64,000 bases of DNA from the NCBI GenBank assembly GCA_008690995.1, contig VRMN01000002.1:1302001-1366000 (forward strand). The letters are read 5' to 3'. Within the stretch, counting starts at the first letter, position 1, and the number at the start of each line of letters is the position of its first letter. The stretch comes from Porphyridium purpureum. Taxonomy: Eukaryota. Under the pieces are notes generated by a model, which was given only the letters and a program-made list of their open reading frames with translations, did no database searches and was not told the DNA's origin. The translations under genes were made by a program, and so were the position numbers. This document shows positions 52,055-62,304 of the stretch, one piece after another.

Positions 52055-53038
52055 CTTCGGCGCGCACCCGCTCCCGCTTCTTCCCCTCTTCTTTCCCTCT
52101 TTGCCTCTCCCCGTCCCATCCCGTCCCGTCTCACTGTACAACCATAGTACCCGCAGTACCCACAGTACTAATGGTACAGTGTGTGTTTTCATCGGTCGTC
52201 GTGCCGCTTCGAGGCGCGCCGCATCGTGAAAGGCATGTTGGGTGGTGACTTTTTGCTGAATCGAGCCGAACTGCTTTTCACGGTCTATTGTGTGTGAGTG
52301 TGTGTGTGTAACCCAGCGCTGGAATAGAGGATCGCACGGGAGGGGTCGCTTACACGCGATAGGGCGTGTGATGGTCAGCAGCGGTCGGCGGGCGCTCATG
52401 GTGTGCGTAGGTGGAGAAAACGATCGTCGTGGCGCAGGCGTGGAGTGCTGGCTTGTTGCGTGAGGTGCGTGAACGAAATACACGTTGGGCAGCGCACACA
52501 GAGAGAGAGCGCGCGCGCGAGCGATACGTAGAACGAAAAACGCGCTTGTTGCACGCAGACTTGGTGACGTGCTGCGATTTTTGGTGGGGGGACGGGAACC
52601 TTGTGCCGTACGGTCCGCGGTTCGGGATATGCGTAGCACGTGAGACGTACGCGTTGTGCTGGCGAAAGGCGAGTTGTCATCGCTGTCGGGAAACATCGTG
52701 GCCAGGTGCGCGTGTGTTTTATTAGTGCGCGCCAATTTTTTCTTTGGCAGCGGTGACGTGGATGGGTTGCGCGGTGGAATATTTGGATTTGTTGCGTCAC
52801 GAGATTTGGCGTCGTATGTAAGTGGCATTTTGGTCGGTACGGCTACGCGCGTGCAGTCGTTTGCAAAGCGCGATATCGCCCAGCGGTTCGCAAAAGTACG
52901 TAGAAGAATTGGGGCAGCGGAAGGTTTCGGGTTCCACGGAAGGGCCTTGACGCAGGTCATCTGGCCTGGCGGGCCGCTGTGTCGGTGGAGACAGAGGCGT
53001 GAGACAACGGCGCGTGAAGTTTTGGGCTTCAAACGGCC

Positions 53039-54490
53039 ATGTCGTTCACGAAACGCGGCAGCTTACCGGCGCGGCGGAGCCAAATGCTCGCGAGCGAGGG
53101 AGCTGCTCATCGATGGCCGACCCTGTTGGACCCACGCGTGGTGGCGTTCTTTTGTATGCCAGATGCGGAGTTGCGGGAAAGGGCGCTCGAGCCATTGAGC
53201 ATTCGCAACGCCATTTCGCTATGCGTCTCGCTGCCATACGCCAAGGGCGAGGAGCCGACGGGCTATTCGTACTCGCTGGCCGTGCCGGTGTTTGCGGAAG
53301 ATGCCGGCGAGTCCTACTTTGTGTATTGTGCATACTATACCGAGTTTTCCTCCGCTCGCGGGCTCAGTTATACAGACAGCACACTGTATAAGTTTAACGA
53401 CGTGAGCATGCGCCGGCTCGTCCTCGACACCAGAAATGGGGGGTTTTTTGAGTTTGGCACCGTCGGCACTTTGCAGGAAGGTCTAAAGTACAATCTGATC
53501 GTGCGGCGCGCGTACGCGCACACAGGTCTGTACGTCGAAAACTTTGTGTTCGAGCAAAATCCGTTTGTGCAAGAGCAGCAACAGCAACCGGGTAGAAGTG
53601 GCCTTGATGGTCATCACGGCATGTTCTCGTCGAGCCTACAGGGCGTCAAGTATGTGCCCGTGTTCATGGCAGAACACGAGTGCCACATCTGCGCTCATTT
53701 TGGACGCCAGCAATGTACTTGCCCGCTGGCATTACGAACGGCAGGGCCCTTGATATCTTTGTCGCCGGCCGTGCCGAGCGGTCCAATGGCCATTGGCCTC
53801 CTCGTTCAGGATTTCATGCGCCTCAGCATATGTGGAGCGCTCTGCTCGAGCGGGCGGCCGCTCATGCAGCTTGAAAAGCTAGCACTTGGACCCATCGACC
53901 GGCCGCTTCCCAGGGCCACCGTGATGACCTCGCGCGTGCTCGGATTCCAAGATTCGTCAGTGGTGAAAGAGCGCATCTTTTCCATGCTCTTTGCTAATAC
54001 GGGCGGAGTCATGCATGGATTCGAGTTGATCCCGGACTCGCTGCAGCTTGCTGAATCAGCTCGACAGCCGCCTCAGATCACGTATTCCTCACCGATCAGC
54101 ACGCACACGGGAGCAGCGAGCGAACCCGTTAGTAACAGCGTGGAGAGGGCCAACAAGAATCGCGCCCACTCGTGGTCGATGCCTGCCGTGACCGGTATTG
54201 AGCATCAAGGAACCAGTGCGAGCAAAATCGTCCAGCACCCGACGACTGCTCCGGCCGGAGCCAATGCGCCGCATGTCGAGCCGAGAGACACTGGGAGCGA
54301 AGCGAGAAAGATGGCTGGCTCCTACGTATGTACAGTCTGCCGAAAGCCATTCAAGCAACGCTCCCACTTGGCCGAACATGTGCAGTGTGTTCACGAGCAC
54401 GAGCGACGCTTTTCATGCAAAACGTGCGGCAAGTCATTTGGCACAAACAGCAACCTTCGTCGACACAGACGGGAGCAGAGCCACTCATAA
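53039..54490 (+). CDS. C2H2 zinc-finger transcription factor
   Basis: Two C-terminal fingers YVCTVCRKPFKQRSHLAEHVQCVH and FSCKTCGKSFGTNSNLRRH; internal CHIC..CTC motif. Confidence 0.85.
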   Translation: MSFTKRGSLPARRSQMLASEGAAHRWPTLLDPRVVAFFCMPDAELRERALEPLSIRNAISLCVSLPYAKGEEPTGYSYSLAVPVFAEDAGESYFVYCAYYTEFSSARGLSYTDSTLYKFNDVSMRRLVLDTRNGGFFEFGTVGTLQEGLKYNLIVRRAYAHTGLYVENFVFEQNPFVQEQQQQPGRSGLDGHHGMFSSSLQGVKYVPVFMAEHECHICAHFGRQQCTCPLALRTAGPLISLSPAVPSGPMAIGLLVQDFMRLSICGALCSSGRPLMQLEKLALGPIDRPLPRATVMTSRVLGFQDSSVVKERIFSMLFANTGGVMHGFELIPDSLQLAESARQPPQITYSSPISTHTGAASEPVSNSVERANKNRAHSWSMPAVTGIEHQGTSASKIVQHPTTAPAGANAPHVEPRDTGSEARKMAGSYVCTVCRKPFKQRSHLAEHVQCVHEHERRFSCKTCGKSFGTNSNLRRHRREQSHS

Positions 54491-54631
54491 AGGCGCGCGC
54501 TCGCGCACCGGCGTACAAACGCAGAAGAGCCATTCTTGGGAGTTTTCAATCTCTGTTGTGAATAAGATAAAGTGCTCCAGTTGTACTCCGAGGCTTTTCA
54601 GGAATCCGGAAGATAACTAGCTTCCGGTGCG

Positions 54632-55159
54632 ATGAAGACCGGTCGATCAGACCGCCGCAAGCGGCAGAGCGCGGTGGACTCGTTCCCAGACCCGACGCCG
54701 GGCGAGCAATGGCTGGGCGTCGTGCACGAGTGCTGCGGTGCAAATATGTACGACGTGCGCGTCTGTGAGCAGGCAACTTCTGGTTTGGAACTTGGAGAAG
54801 CGCGCGCGTTGTATGTGCTGCCCAAGCGGCTGCGGAACGTCGTGTGGATTCGGGCAGGAAGCTTGGTTTTTATCGAACGGTACGTTGCCGCGGAGGGCGG
54901 CGCCATGGGTGAGATTACCCACGTCCTCATGCCGCATCAGTTGCGGCACCTCGAGTCCTCACGGAACTGGACAGACCCGGTTCGGCTTATTTATTCGCGG
55001 CAGTCGGGTCAGGCGCAATCGCAAGCGCCCGAAAAGAATGCGGGTTATGAGGACATTGACGCGCTCCTCCTTTGCGGAAAGAAGGATGACGGCACGCCCC
55101 AGAACAAAATCAATTTACGTGAAGTGTCTAGCTCTGACGACGAAAGTAGCGCTGCCTGA
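54632..55159 (+). CDS. EIF1AD: eIF1A-domain RNA-binding protein
   Basis: OB fold ..GANMYDV..LPKRLRNVVWIRAGSLV..GEITHVL..QLRHL..W and an acidic SSSDDES tail. Confidence 0.8.
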   Translation: MKTGRSDRRKRQSAVDSFPDPTPGEQWLGVVHECCGANMYDVRVCEQATSGLELGEARALYVLPKRLRNVVWIRAGSLVFIERYVAAEGGAMGEITHVLMPHQLRHLESSRNWTDPVRLIYSRQSGQAQSQAPEKNAGYEDIDALLLCGKKDDGTPQNKINLREVSSSDDESSAA

Positions 55160-55649
55160 TGGCGAACACGACTCTGATTCGTTCAGGTCAAGCAAGCACG
55201 CTCTGAGAAACGTGGAAGCATGGACTAGAATGTTTCTGTGATCAAGGCGGCTATTCATTTTGGGCTTGTGTGTGGCGGCTGCGGAGAATCGGTTTCGGCA
55301 TTGAGACAACCGGCAGATGCCAAAGTATCTAGTTCAAAGGACATCTGCGAAACTGTCGAGAGCAGACGAGCCGCTGAAAGACGGCTCACTGCGTAGTCCG
55401 GATTTTTTTTGCATGTGGGAAGACTTTGTGATGACAGGCAAGTCCTTTTCCTCCGTAAGCGATGATAGAGGACTCGCGCGATCCCTAGGCACAGAAAAGA
55501 AGACGCTGGAAGACGCTTTGATCTAGTTTCTCTGCCATCGGTCCGGGCCGCAGACCCTCTCGGACTGGCACTGATTGAGATGCAAAGATTATCTTTTACA
55601 CTGGTGATTCAACAGTCGACATTCAGTCGCAGAGTCTATGCAAAGACCT

Positions 55650-56975
55650 TTACCCCTTGACGCACAGAATCTGCTTGAGCGTGTAGGCAATGTCGACGAG
55701 GTCTTCCTGCGCACCCATGACTAGTTCAATGGGCTTATATGCCGCCGGCGTCTCATCAACCACACCCAAATCCTTTCGACACTCGACGCCCTGTGTGGCC
55801 AGCTCGTGCACTGCGACTGTGAATTTCTTCTTGGCAGCCGTGCGAGACAAGAGCCGGCCGGCGCCGTGACTGCAAGTATTATACGAATGCGGGTTGCCCT
55901 TTCCGCGCACAATAAAGCTCTTGGCCCCCATCGAGCCCGGAATGATCCCGTACATTCCTTCATCTGCGCGTACGGCCCCCTTTCTCGTGATCATGAGCTC
56001 CTCTCCGAAATGGTTCTCGATAGACACATAGTTATGGTGGCACTCAACTGCAAACTGGTCGTCCTTGAAGTCCGGTAGACACTTCAGCGAGCGCATTGCG
56101 CCCAGCACCTGCGCCATCATGAGCTTACGATTTAAGCGCGCAAATTGCTGCGCCCACTGTACGGCATGCATGTAGTCGTCGAAATGCTGCGTCCCCTTCT
56201 TCAAGTACGCCAGATCCTGATCCGGCAGGTTTCGCAGGTGCTGTCGCATATCTTTCTTCGCAAGCTCAATAAAGTACGTACCGATTCGGTTGCCCACCCC
56301 CCTTGAGCCGGAGTGAAGCATCACCCAAACATTATCGTCCCCATCTAGACAGACTTCAATAAAGTGGTTGCCCGTCCCAAGCGTGCCCAGATGATTGTCC
56401 AAATTCCCGCGCCCGAGCTTCGGATGCCGTGCTGTAATGCGAGCAAACCCTTGCGCGAGTTCGTTGCGGAAGGTCTCTTGTGCATCTCGCGGTGTCCCGC
56501 CCCGCTTCCACGCGCCTTCGTCGTTCGCGCCACCGCCATCACTCCTTCCGTGCGGTACGGCTTTCTCGATCGCAAGCCGGATTTCGCGCAGGCTATCAGG
56601 CAGGTCCTTCGCACGCATTGTCGTTTTGTGTGCCACCATACCACATCCAATATCCACGCCGACCGCGGCCGGGATGATTGCTTTCGTGGTTGGGATTACA
56701 CTTCCCACCGTGGCGCCCATGCCCAGATGCGCGTCTGGCATCACCGCAATGCCCTGCGGATGGATAATGTCTGTCAAGAGTGCCGTATTCAACAGCTGCA
56801 CCTCTGCCTGTTTCTCAAGCGGCGGCAGGCCCTGCGTCCACATCTTCAGCGGCACGCGTTTGGACCCGCCCTGGTGCAGAACCGTGTGCGCATACCGCAA
56901 ACCTTGAACAGGCGGCCGTACCGAAGCGCCGACCGACGCCGCAACACGTGCCGCGCACACCCCGAATGCTCCCAT
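55650..56975 (-). CDS. rtcB: RtcB RNA 3'-phosphate/5'-OH ligase, bacterial (E. coli-like) clade, with N-terminal targeting-like extension
   Basis: MPDAHLGMGATVG, VGVDIGCGM, GTLGTGNHFIE, MLHSGSRGVG, CHHNY, RKGA, IPGSMG, CSHGAGR, DETPAAYK, C-terminal VKG. Confidence 0.95.
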   Translation of the reverse strand: MGAFGVCAARVAASVGASVRPPVQGLRYAHTVLHQGGSKRVPLKMWTQGLPPLEKQAEVQLLNTALLTDIIHPQGIAVMPDAHLGMGATVGSVIPTTKAIIPAAVGVDIGCGMVAHKTTMRAKDLPDSLREIRLAIEKAVPHGRSDGGGANDEGAWKRGGTPRDAQETFRNELAQGFARITARHPKLGRGNLDNHLGTLGTGNHFIEVCLDGDDNVWVMLHSGSRGVGNRIGTYFIELAKKDMRQHLRNLPDQDLAYLKKGTQHFDDYMHAVQWAQQFARLNRKLMMAQVLGAMRSLKCLPDFKDDQFAVECHHNYVSIENHFGEELMITRKGAVRADEGMYGIIPGSMGAKSFIVRGKGNPHSYNTCSHGAGRLLSRTAAKKKFTVAVHELATQGVECRKDLGVVDETPAAYKPIELVMGAQEDLVDIAYTLKQILCVKG

Positions 56976-57163
56976 CTCAACCAATGTCTCGCGCGAATGT
57001 GCAGACAAAGTATTCCCGCTCTCGCTTCCCAAAGTCCAAATGGAAGCTCTCAAATGGTGATGAACAAGTTTTCGAGGAGGTTCGAAAGGCTTGGCGAAGG
57101 CGTGAGCGCGGCAGGGACGAGAGTTGACGAGTCAAGTTTGCCAGACAGCGGCTTGTAAAGGCG

Positions 57164-57685
57164 ATGATTTCGTCAGTAGTTGTCTTCAACAACTATGGGA
57201 AGCCGCGGCTGACCAAGTTCTACGTGTACGCGAGTGAGGACCAGCAACAAAAGTATGTGGCGGAATGTTTCCGGCTCATCTCAAAGCGCAGCGATGAGCA
57301 GTGCAATTTCATGGAAATACGAGCAGATATGACTGGGAGCGGGACAAAGGCCGGTTCGCGCTCTAGAAGGAAGATCGTGTTTCGCTGCTACGCTACGCTC
57401 TACTTTGTGTTTTGCATCGACGAGTCCGAGAGCGAGTTGGGAATTCTGGATCTTATCCAGGTGTTTGTCGAGACGCTAGACCGCGTGTTTGAGAATGTGT
57501 GTGAGCTTGATCTGATTTTCCACGTGGATCGGGTCAACTATGTGCTCGACGAGTTTGTGGTTGGCGGACTAGTTGTGGAAACGAACACGCGCGATGTCTT
57601 GACAATGCTGCAGCTGCAGAAGACGGAGGAAGTCTCCGTCAGCTCGTCAAAGTGGCCGTCATCCATCTCCTCGATGATCCAATGA
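57164..57685 (+). CDS. AP3S: AP-3 adaptor complex sigma subunit
   Basis: VFNNYGKPRLTKFY, YATLYFVF, SESELGILDLIQVFVETLD, FENVCELDLIFH, GGLVVETN. Confidence 0.92.
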   Translation: MISSVVVFNNYGKPRLTKFYVYASEDQQQKYVAECFRLISKRSDEQCNFMEIRADMTGSGTKAGSRSRRKIVFRCYATLYFVFCIDESESELGILDLIQVFVETLDRVFENVCELDLIFHVDRVNYVLDEFVVGGLVVETNTRDVLTMLQLQKTEEVSVSSSKWPSSISSMIQ

Positions 57686-58006
57686 TTGGCAGAAGAGGCA
57701 CTGTTCTGCAGTGCTCTGTTCGAGCGCTGCGGCATTAAACCAAAGAACATACGCGGTTGTTGACACACGCTAAGACTGACGAGCCATGCGGCCTGTTGTA
57801 AACATTAAAAGTGGCAAGGAATGGGATGGAGTGAAACACGTCTGCGGCATTGCGGTGCTTGTGCGACCGGGTGACCACTCTTTGGGGCCGGACTCTTGCA
57901 CGCGGTGCGAGCTGTTCTACGTAGCTACAGGGGAGCCTTGCCAACTCCGTCAAAACCCTACTTTTGTTGTACATAAGTTCTTAATTTTTTTCCCTCCCAG
58001 CATTTC

Positions 58007-58112
58007 GGGCCTGTAGTGTAGTGGTACCTGACAAGGGTTACTCGATCACTGGCGCTCGGGGAAAACCTTCGCTGATCTGCGCCCGACCCGAGTTCAATTC
58101 TCGGCAGGCCCC
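58007..58112 (+). tRNA. tRNA-Pro with two introns (D-loop 20/21: 58026-58044; anticodon 37/38: 58062-58077)
   Basis: Acceptor stem GGGCCTG/CAGGCCC with discriminator C; D-stem GTGT/TCAC; anticodon stem GGCGC/GCGCC; T-arm CCGAG-TTCAATT-CTCGG; downstream T-run. Two extra segments must be removed to give a cloverleaf. Confidence 0.8.
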
Positions 58113-58402
58113 AAATCTTTTTGCTTTTGCTTCCCACTAAGCGTAGGATGTGGTGCGGCCTGCGTGTGCAATCGCGCAGCCCGGCGGCAAGGGTGAAAGT
58201 GCAGCACACACTGAAAATCCCTCTCCGTAGCATCCATACTTTGTTGCAGCGTTATGGAGCAACCTATTTACTATTGTTGCCGGGACGCACAGTAGTGGGA
58301 CACGCCCACAGACTATTTAACCTAGGCGTGCGCGCGCTGGGAATCGCCGCGCCCCACGCAGCAGGGCTACGCGTGCTGTGCGCATCTGCTCAGTCTTGTT
58401 CG

Positions 58403-59167
58403 TCACTGCTCTGGCTCGACGAGCCCGATCCCGCCACCTTCCTTCTTAAAAATCACACAGATTTTGTTCGAGGATACCTCGCGGAATACGTGGAAGTTGG
58501 TCTGGAAGGCAAGTACCGTCACGGCTTCCTGCACGGTCATCTTGGGTAGCGGAATGACCTCGCGCTCGACCATGTGGAGCGCCTTCTGCGCGCCCTCCTG
58601 GTGCTCCCACATCACAAAATCGTCCACGTACTCATCAGCGTCAGACTCTTCGCCGAGCGCCACATCAGCGGTGTGCGGGCCATCGTGCGAGTTCCTGCGC
58701 TCCTTGTACTTGCGGAGGGTGCGCGTCAGCTTGTCTGTGACGGCATCGATGCTTGCGTACATGTTCTCGGACTTTGTCTCTGCACGGATCACGTTACCCT
58801 TGACCTGGACAACCACCTCCGCGCTGTGCCCGTTGCGAATCGCCGGGTTCTTGGCGACAAGAAGGTGCACGTCCGCCCGGATCACCATCTGGTCGTACTT
58901 TCCGATGGAGCGTCCGACCTTGGACTTGACGTACTCGGTCAGCGAGTCGGTAAGATCGATGTTATTCCCGGAGATCGAGATACGGCCCACCACGCCGGCA
59001 TTCACGGGCGTCTCAACCATCTGCAGCCGGCTCTTGCTGCGGCTCGCCGTCGCACCACGCGCCGCCGCGCGCACCGCGCAAGTCCCTGCTTTCTGCACAC
59101 CACGCGGCGCCGTGCCGACGACGCTCTGCCCTGGTGCCGAAATCACAAACCCCATCCTGCCTTCCAT
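58403..59167 (-). CDS. PSRP1: Plastid ribosome hibernation factor PSRP1 (HPF/RaiA family)
   Basis: Transit-like MGFVISAPG; ISGNNIDLTDSLTEYV, ENMYASIDAVTDKLTRTLRKYK, C-terminal MTVQEA..FHVFR..GGIGLVEP. Confidence 0.9.
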   Translation of the reverse strand: MEGRMGFVISAPGQSVVGTAPRGVQKAGTCAVRAAARGATASRSKSRLQMVETPVNAGVVGRISISGNNIDLTDSLTEYVKSKVGRSIGKYDQMVIRADVHLLVAKNPAIRNGHSAEVVVQVKGNVIRAETKSENMYASIDAVTDKLTRTLRKYKERRNSHDGPHTADVALGEESDADEYVDDFVMWEHQEGAQKALHMVEREVIPLPKMTVQEAVTVLAFQTNFHVFREVSSNKICVIFKKEGGGIGLVEPEQ

Positions 59168-59977
59168 CCTACGCTCTCTCTCAATCTCGAAGCCTTGGTT
59201 CCCGCTCCCTTGCATGTCACACCATCTCTGTCCCTATTCCGCTTCCCATCCAAATCGGCTGCGTGCGTTCTGCTTTATACCCATTTCCCGGCCTCGTTTA
59301 CTTACTCGATTTCATCTGCAAGCCGTGCGAAATATCTGCCGGGCACATGCGCGATACGGCTGCACGGTGGTGGAGTGCCTGCCCATTTGCCCGGGCAGAT
59401 GTGTACTGGACACCAGGGCTGGATGCGAAGAAAGAGTCACCGCATTCCCGTAGCGCGCAGTTGCGACCAGCGCGTCGAAGATTTCCGCAGTGGCACAATC
59501 GTCGAACATGTTCTCGGCAGCGTTGGACAGGAGAACGTCGTCGTATCCGGATTGACCTTGGACGCGGCGCGGATCGGGCGGACGGCCGGTGAGACCAGAT
59601 GATCAGACTGCGGTCGTGGTATGATTCCTTCATGTTTTACGCGTATCCTAGACGTGTCTCCGCATGAGCTCTTGAAAGACGAATCGTCAAGCTGCCGTGC
59701 TTTCGGACGCGCAGGCGTGTTCGGAAATGTGAAGCTTTTCGACGGACACCCGCAGTGGTGGCACGTGCCTTTGATTGACTTGACGCGCTGAAGGATGAAG
59801 TAGGCTGCGAAATGGCTTGAAAATTGCTGGGGCCGAGCAAATGGAGACTGAGATATAGCGTCATGCACCCCGAAATGGGGTTGTTTATTTCATTGATTTT
59901 GAGCCAGCTGCTTCTGAAACCAAACAAATGCAAAACGATGCGTACGTGGCTGCATTTTTCCTCGTTCTGAATGGCAT

Positions 59978-60136
59978 TTACACACTCGGCTTGCTGTACT
60001 CCTCTCCAGATCCCGACGCCAGACCAATCGCAACCGCCTCGCCGGCAAACTTGATACCGCCAAAGACACCGTCTGCAAGGCGCTTCAAAGGCCCAGCAGT
60101 AGCTTCTAGCTTCTGATCAGCCTCTGTCTGAGCCAT
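59978..60136 (-). CDS. Small protein (52 aa), paralog of 60743..60952
   Basis: Hand translation: MAQTEADQKLEATAGPLKRLADGVFGGIKFAGEAVAIGLASGSGEEYSKPSV*. It is below the ORF-track cutoff and shares its C-terminal motif with the neighbouring ORF. Confidence 0.7.
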   Translation of the reverse strand: MAQTEADQKLEATAGPLKRLADGVFGGIKFAGEAVAIGLASGSGEEYSKPSV

Positions 60137-60742
60137 TTTGGCTTCCCGTCAATGTGTACGCTTCCTGTGTGCTTCTGTGTTTCACGGGACTGAGTTAGTT
60201 CTGCGGTGAGGCTTGTCGTGATCCCTGCTGATGTCCTTGTCTGTGCTTTGTCAGAGCGGCACGACCCAGTTCTTGGCCTGTGCCGGCCGCGCTTTAAACC
60301 ATGAGCACCAGCGTCTGCCGATCTGGGCTCGCGCGCCGCACAGTGCTTACACTATACTCTGTGGCGAGCTTACATTTCGTCTCTGCGTTCTGTCGCTAGT
60401 CCGCTGGATGGCATGGCAGAGTTCCTGCGGCTCTTCTTTCGCTGGCTGGCCATGTTCCTGGATGCCACAGCCCCGATAATCCAAAGTCTGTGCGCAAACG
60501 CCTCGCGTCCGCAAGTCTGTGCCACACGCAAGGCGAGTGCAACCAAAAGGGGTAGGTGAACAAATCTAGCCATCGAAACTTCCGGTGAGAGGAGTGACCG
60601 ACCGCATTAGCGTCACCTTTAATACAACGCACAATGCAATGAAACCCAATTTAATGTTCCATCCCAAGCTCAATGCGGGTTGCAGCGGACTAGGCGTCCA
60701 GTACAATTCTGAATACACTATTTGGCATCCTGCCCGGCGCTC

Positions 60743-60952
60743 TTACTGTGTCTTTTCCTCGCCCGTCCCCGACCCAAGGCCGATCGCAACAGCTTCGCCC
60801 GCATGCTTCACGCCTTCCACAATATCGCCGGCCCAGTGAAGCACCGTGTCGGCCGCAATGAGCGTCGGGTCCGTGTAGCCCTCTACGGTCCCGGGCGCAG
60901 AGTCTGTCTCCACTGGCTTCTCGGCCTGTATCTTGTTCTCGGTATCACTCAT
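60743..60952 (-). CDS. Small acidic protein (69 aa), paralog of 59978..60136
   Basis: MSDTENK...GVKHAGEAVAIGLGSGTGEEKTQ*. A TATAAAA occurs on the minus strand near 61059-61065. Confidence 0.7.
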   Translation of the reverse strand: MSDTENKIQAEKPVETDSAPGTVEGYTDPTLIAADTVLHWAGDIVEGVKHAGEAVAIGLGSGTGEEKTQ

Positions 60953-62304
60953 CTTGCAACGAAGCTACTCCTCGCTGCCTAAGCCTCTGCCAATCTTTCT
61001 TGTGCCCTTTGCACTCACCTACCTCCTCGGCTCACCATTTCAACGCCTGTGTGCAGAATTTTATACCTCTGCGCGCAAGGAATCCCTGTCGAACAGGCGC
61101 GTCACCAAGCTGTCTTTGGACTGTTGGACGTGCGACGAGCCGTTTATAGAATCCGCCCATCCATCCATTTCAAAGATGGACTAACAAACCCAACCACCAC
61201 ACCAGCAACCGATGTCACGCGATGGCGGCGCGACGCTCTGCCGTCCGCCGAATACATCGCCGCGAATCCCGTTACACGTGAGCAGCCGAAGCGCGACCAC
61301 GCCCCCGCTTCCTCCGAACCAGCTCGTCCTAAACGGTTCGCGAATCAAACCCGGGCGACTCGCTCAACGAGGTGTACCGTGCCGGCAACGGAAGCGGCCA
61401 CGCTGTACCGCATCTGATCGAGCGTCAATCGAGGTACATTGAGATTTTCCAGCGCGGAAGCCTGGCTGACGGGCAGCGCGGGTGTGCGGAGCTGTCGCCG
61501 TCCAGACGCCCGACGCTATGTGCACGCGGATTGCAGCTGCAGTTCCATCCATTGCCGTGGGCTTCTGTCGCCGGCAACTGCGAACACGTTGGTCTGCTTC
61601 GCCATCCGAGCTGTAATATTCAAGATTGTCGCCAAGTCTGACAACCTGGTTGTCTACCTAGTTCTCAGAGCCGGGATCAAATGATTGCTTCCCTTGACAT
61701 CCTATCAAAGCTTGTGTCCGAACACTAGACGTTTGTCTGCACTTCTCTGCACACACATGTAGCGTTACTGCCTTGTCGCGCGGTGAGCAGGCGTCCACGA
61801 ACAACCATTCCGGACTCGCATCGCACGCAGCGCGCTTCCCCCCGCCGAAGCCGTGAGCGTAGTAGTATTCATAGCGTGATATTTTTCATTCCTGCGTCTT
61901 GCTCCGCGAGCTTGTGTGTTCAGATATTGTGATTTTGTGATTTTCGGCGAGTTGCAAGACGGCTAGCAGGCGCTCTGAGCGAGAAACAGAAAAACACAAG
62001 TCGCAGTGAGATGGACGCAGCTGCTCGCGCAATGTGGCGTGCAGCTGCGATTTTATGGGCCGCGTTTCATAGACAGGCGCGCAGCTTTCTCAACAAAAAG
62101 GACGCGGTGTGACGTTTGTTCTAGGATTCCGCGCCGATGGACAAGGAGAGGTGGCACCCTGCAGGAGTAACTCGGGAGATAAAGTGGAGAGGGAGAGACG
62201 GTGGAAGGCGTCGGGCTGGTTTGTGGATTGGTGGGTGGTCGTCGTGTCGAATTGAGTCGGCGCGGCGTGGAATTGAAGGTTCTGCGTGACAGGTGAGGTT
62301 GGAA

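Noticed and set aside
52055..53032. Upstream part of the 410-aa ORF
   Set aside because: Translates low-complexity promoter/UTR-like DNA; only the last 84 codons look coding.
58057..58078. Alternative splicing giving a GAT (Ile) anticodon
   Set aside because: It would put C at position 37 and lacks BHB geometry; the acceptor stem and C73 fit Pro.
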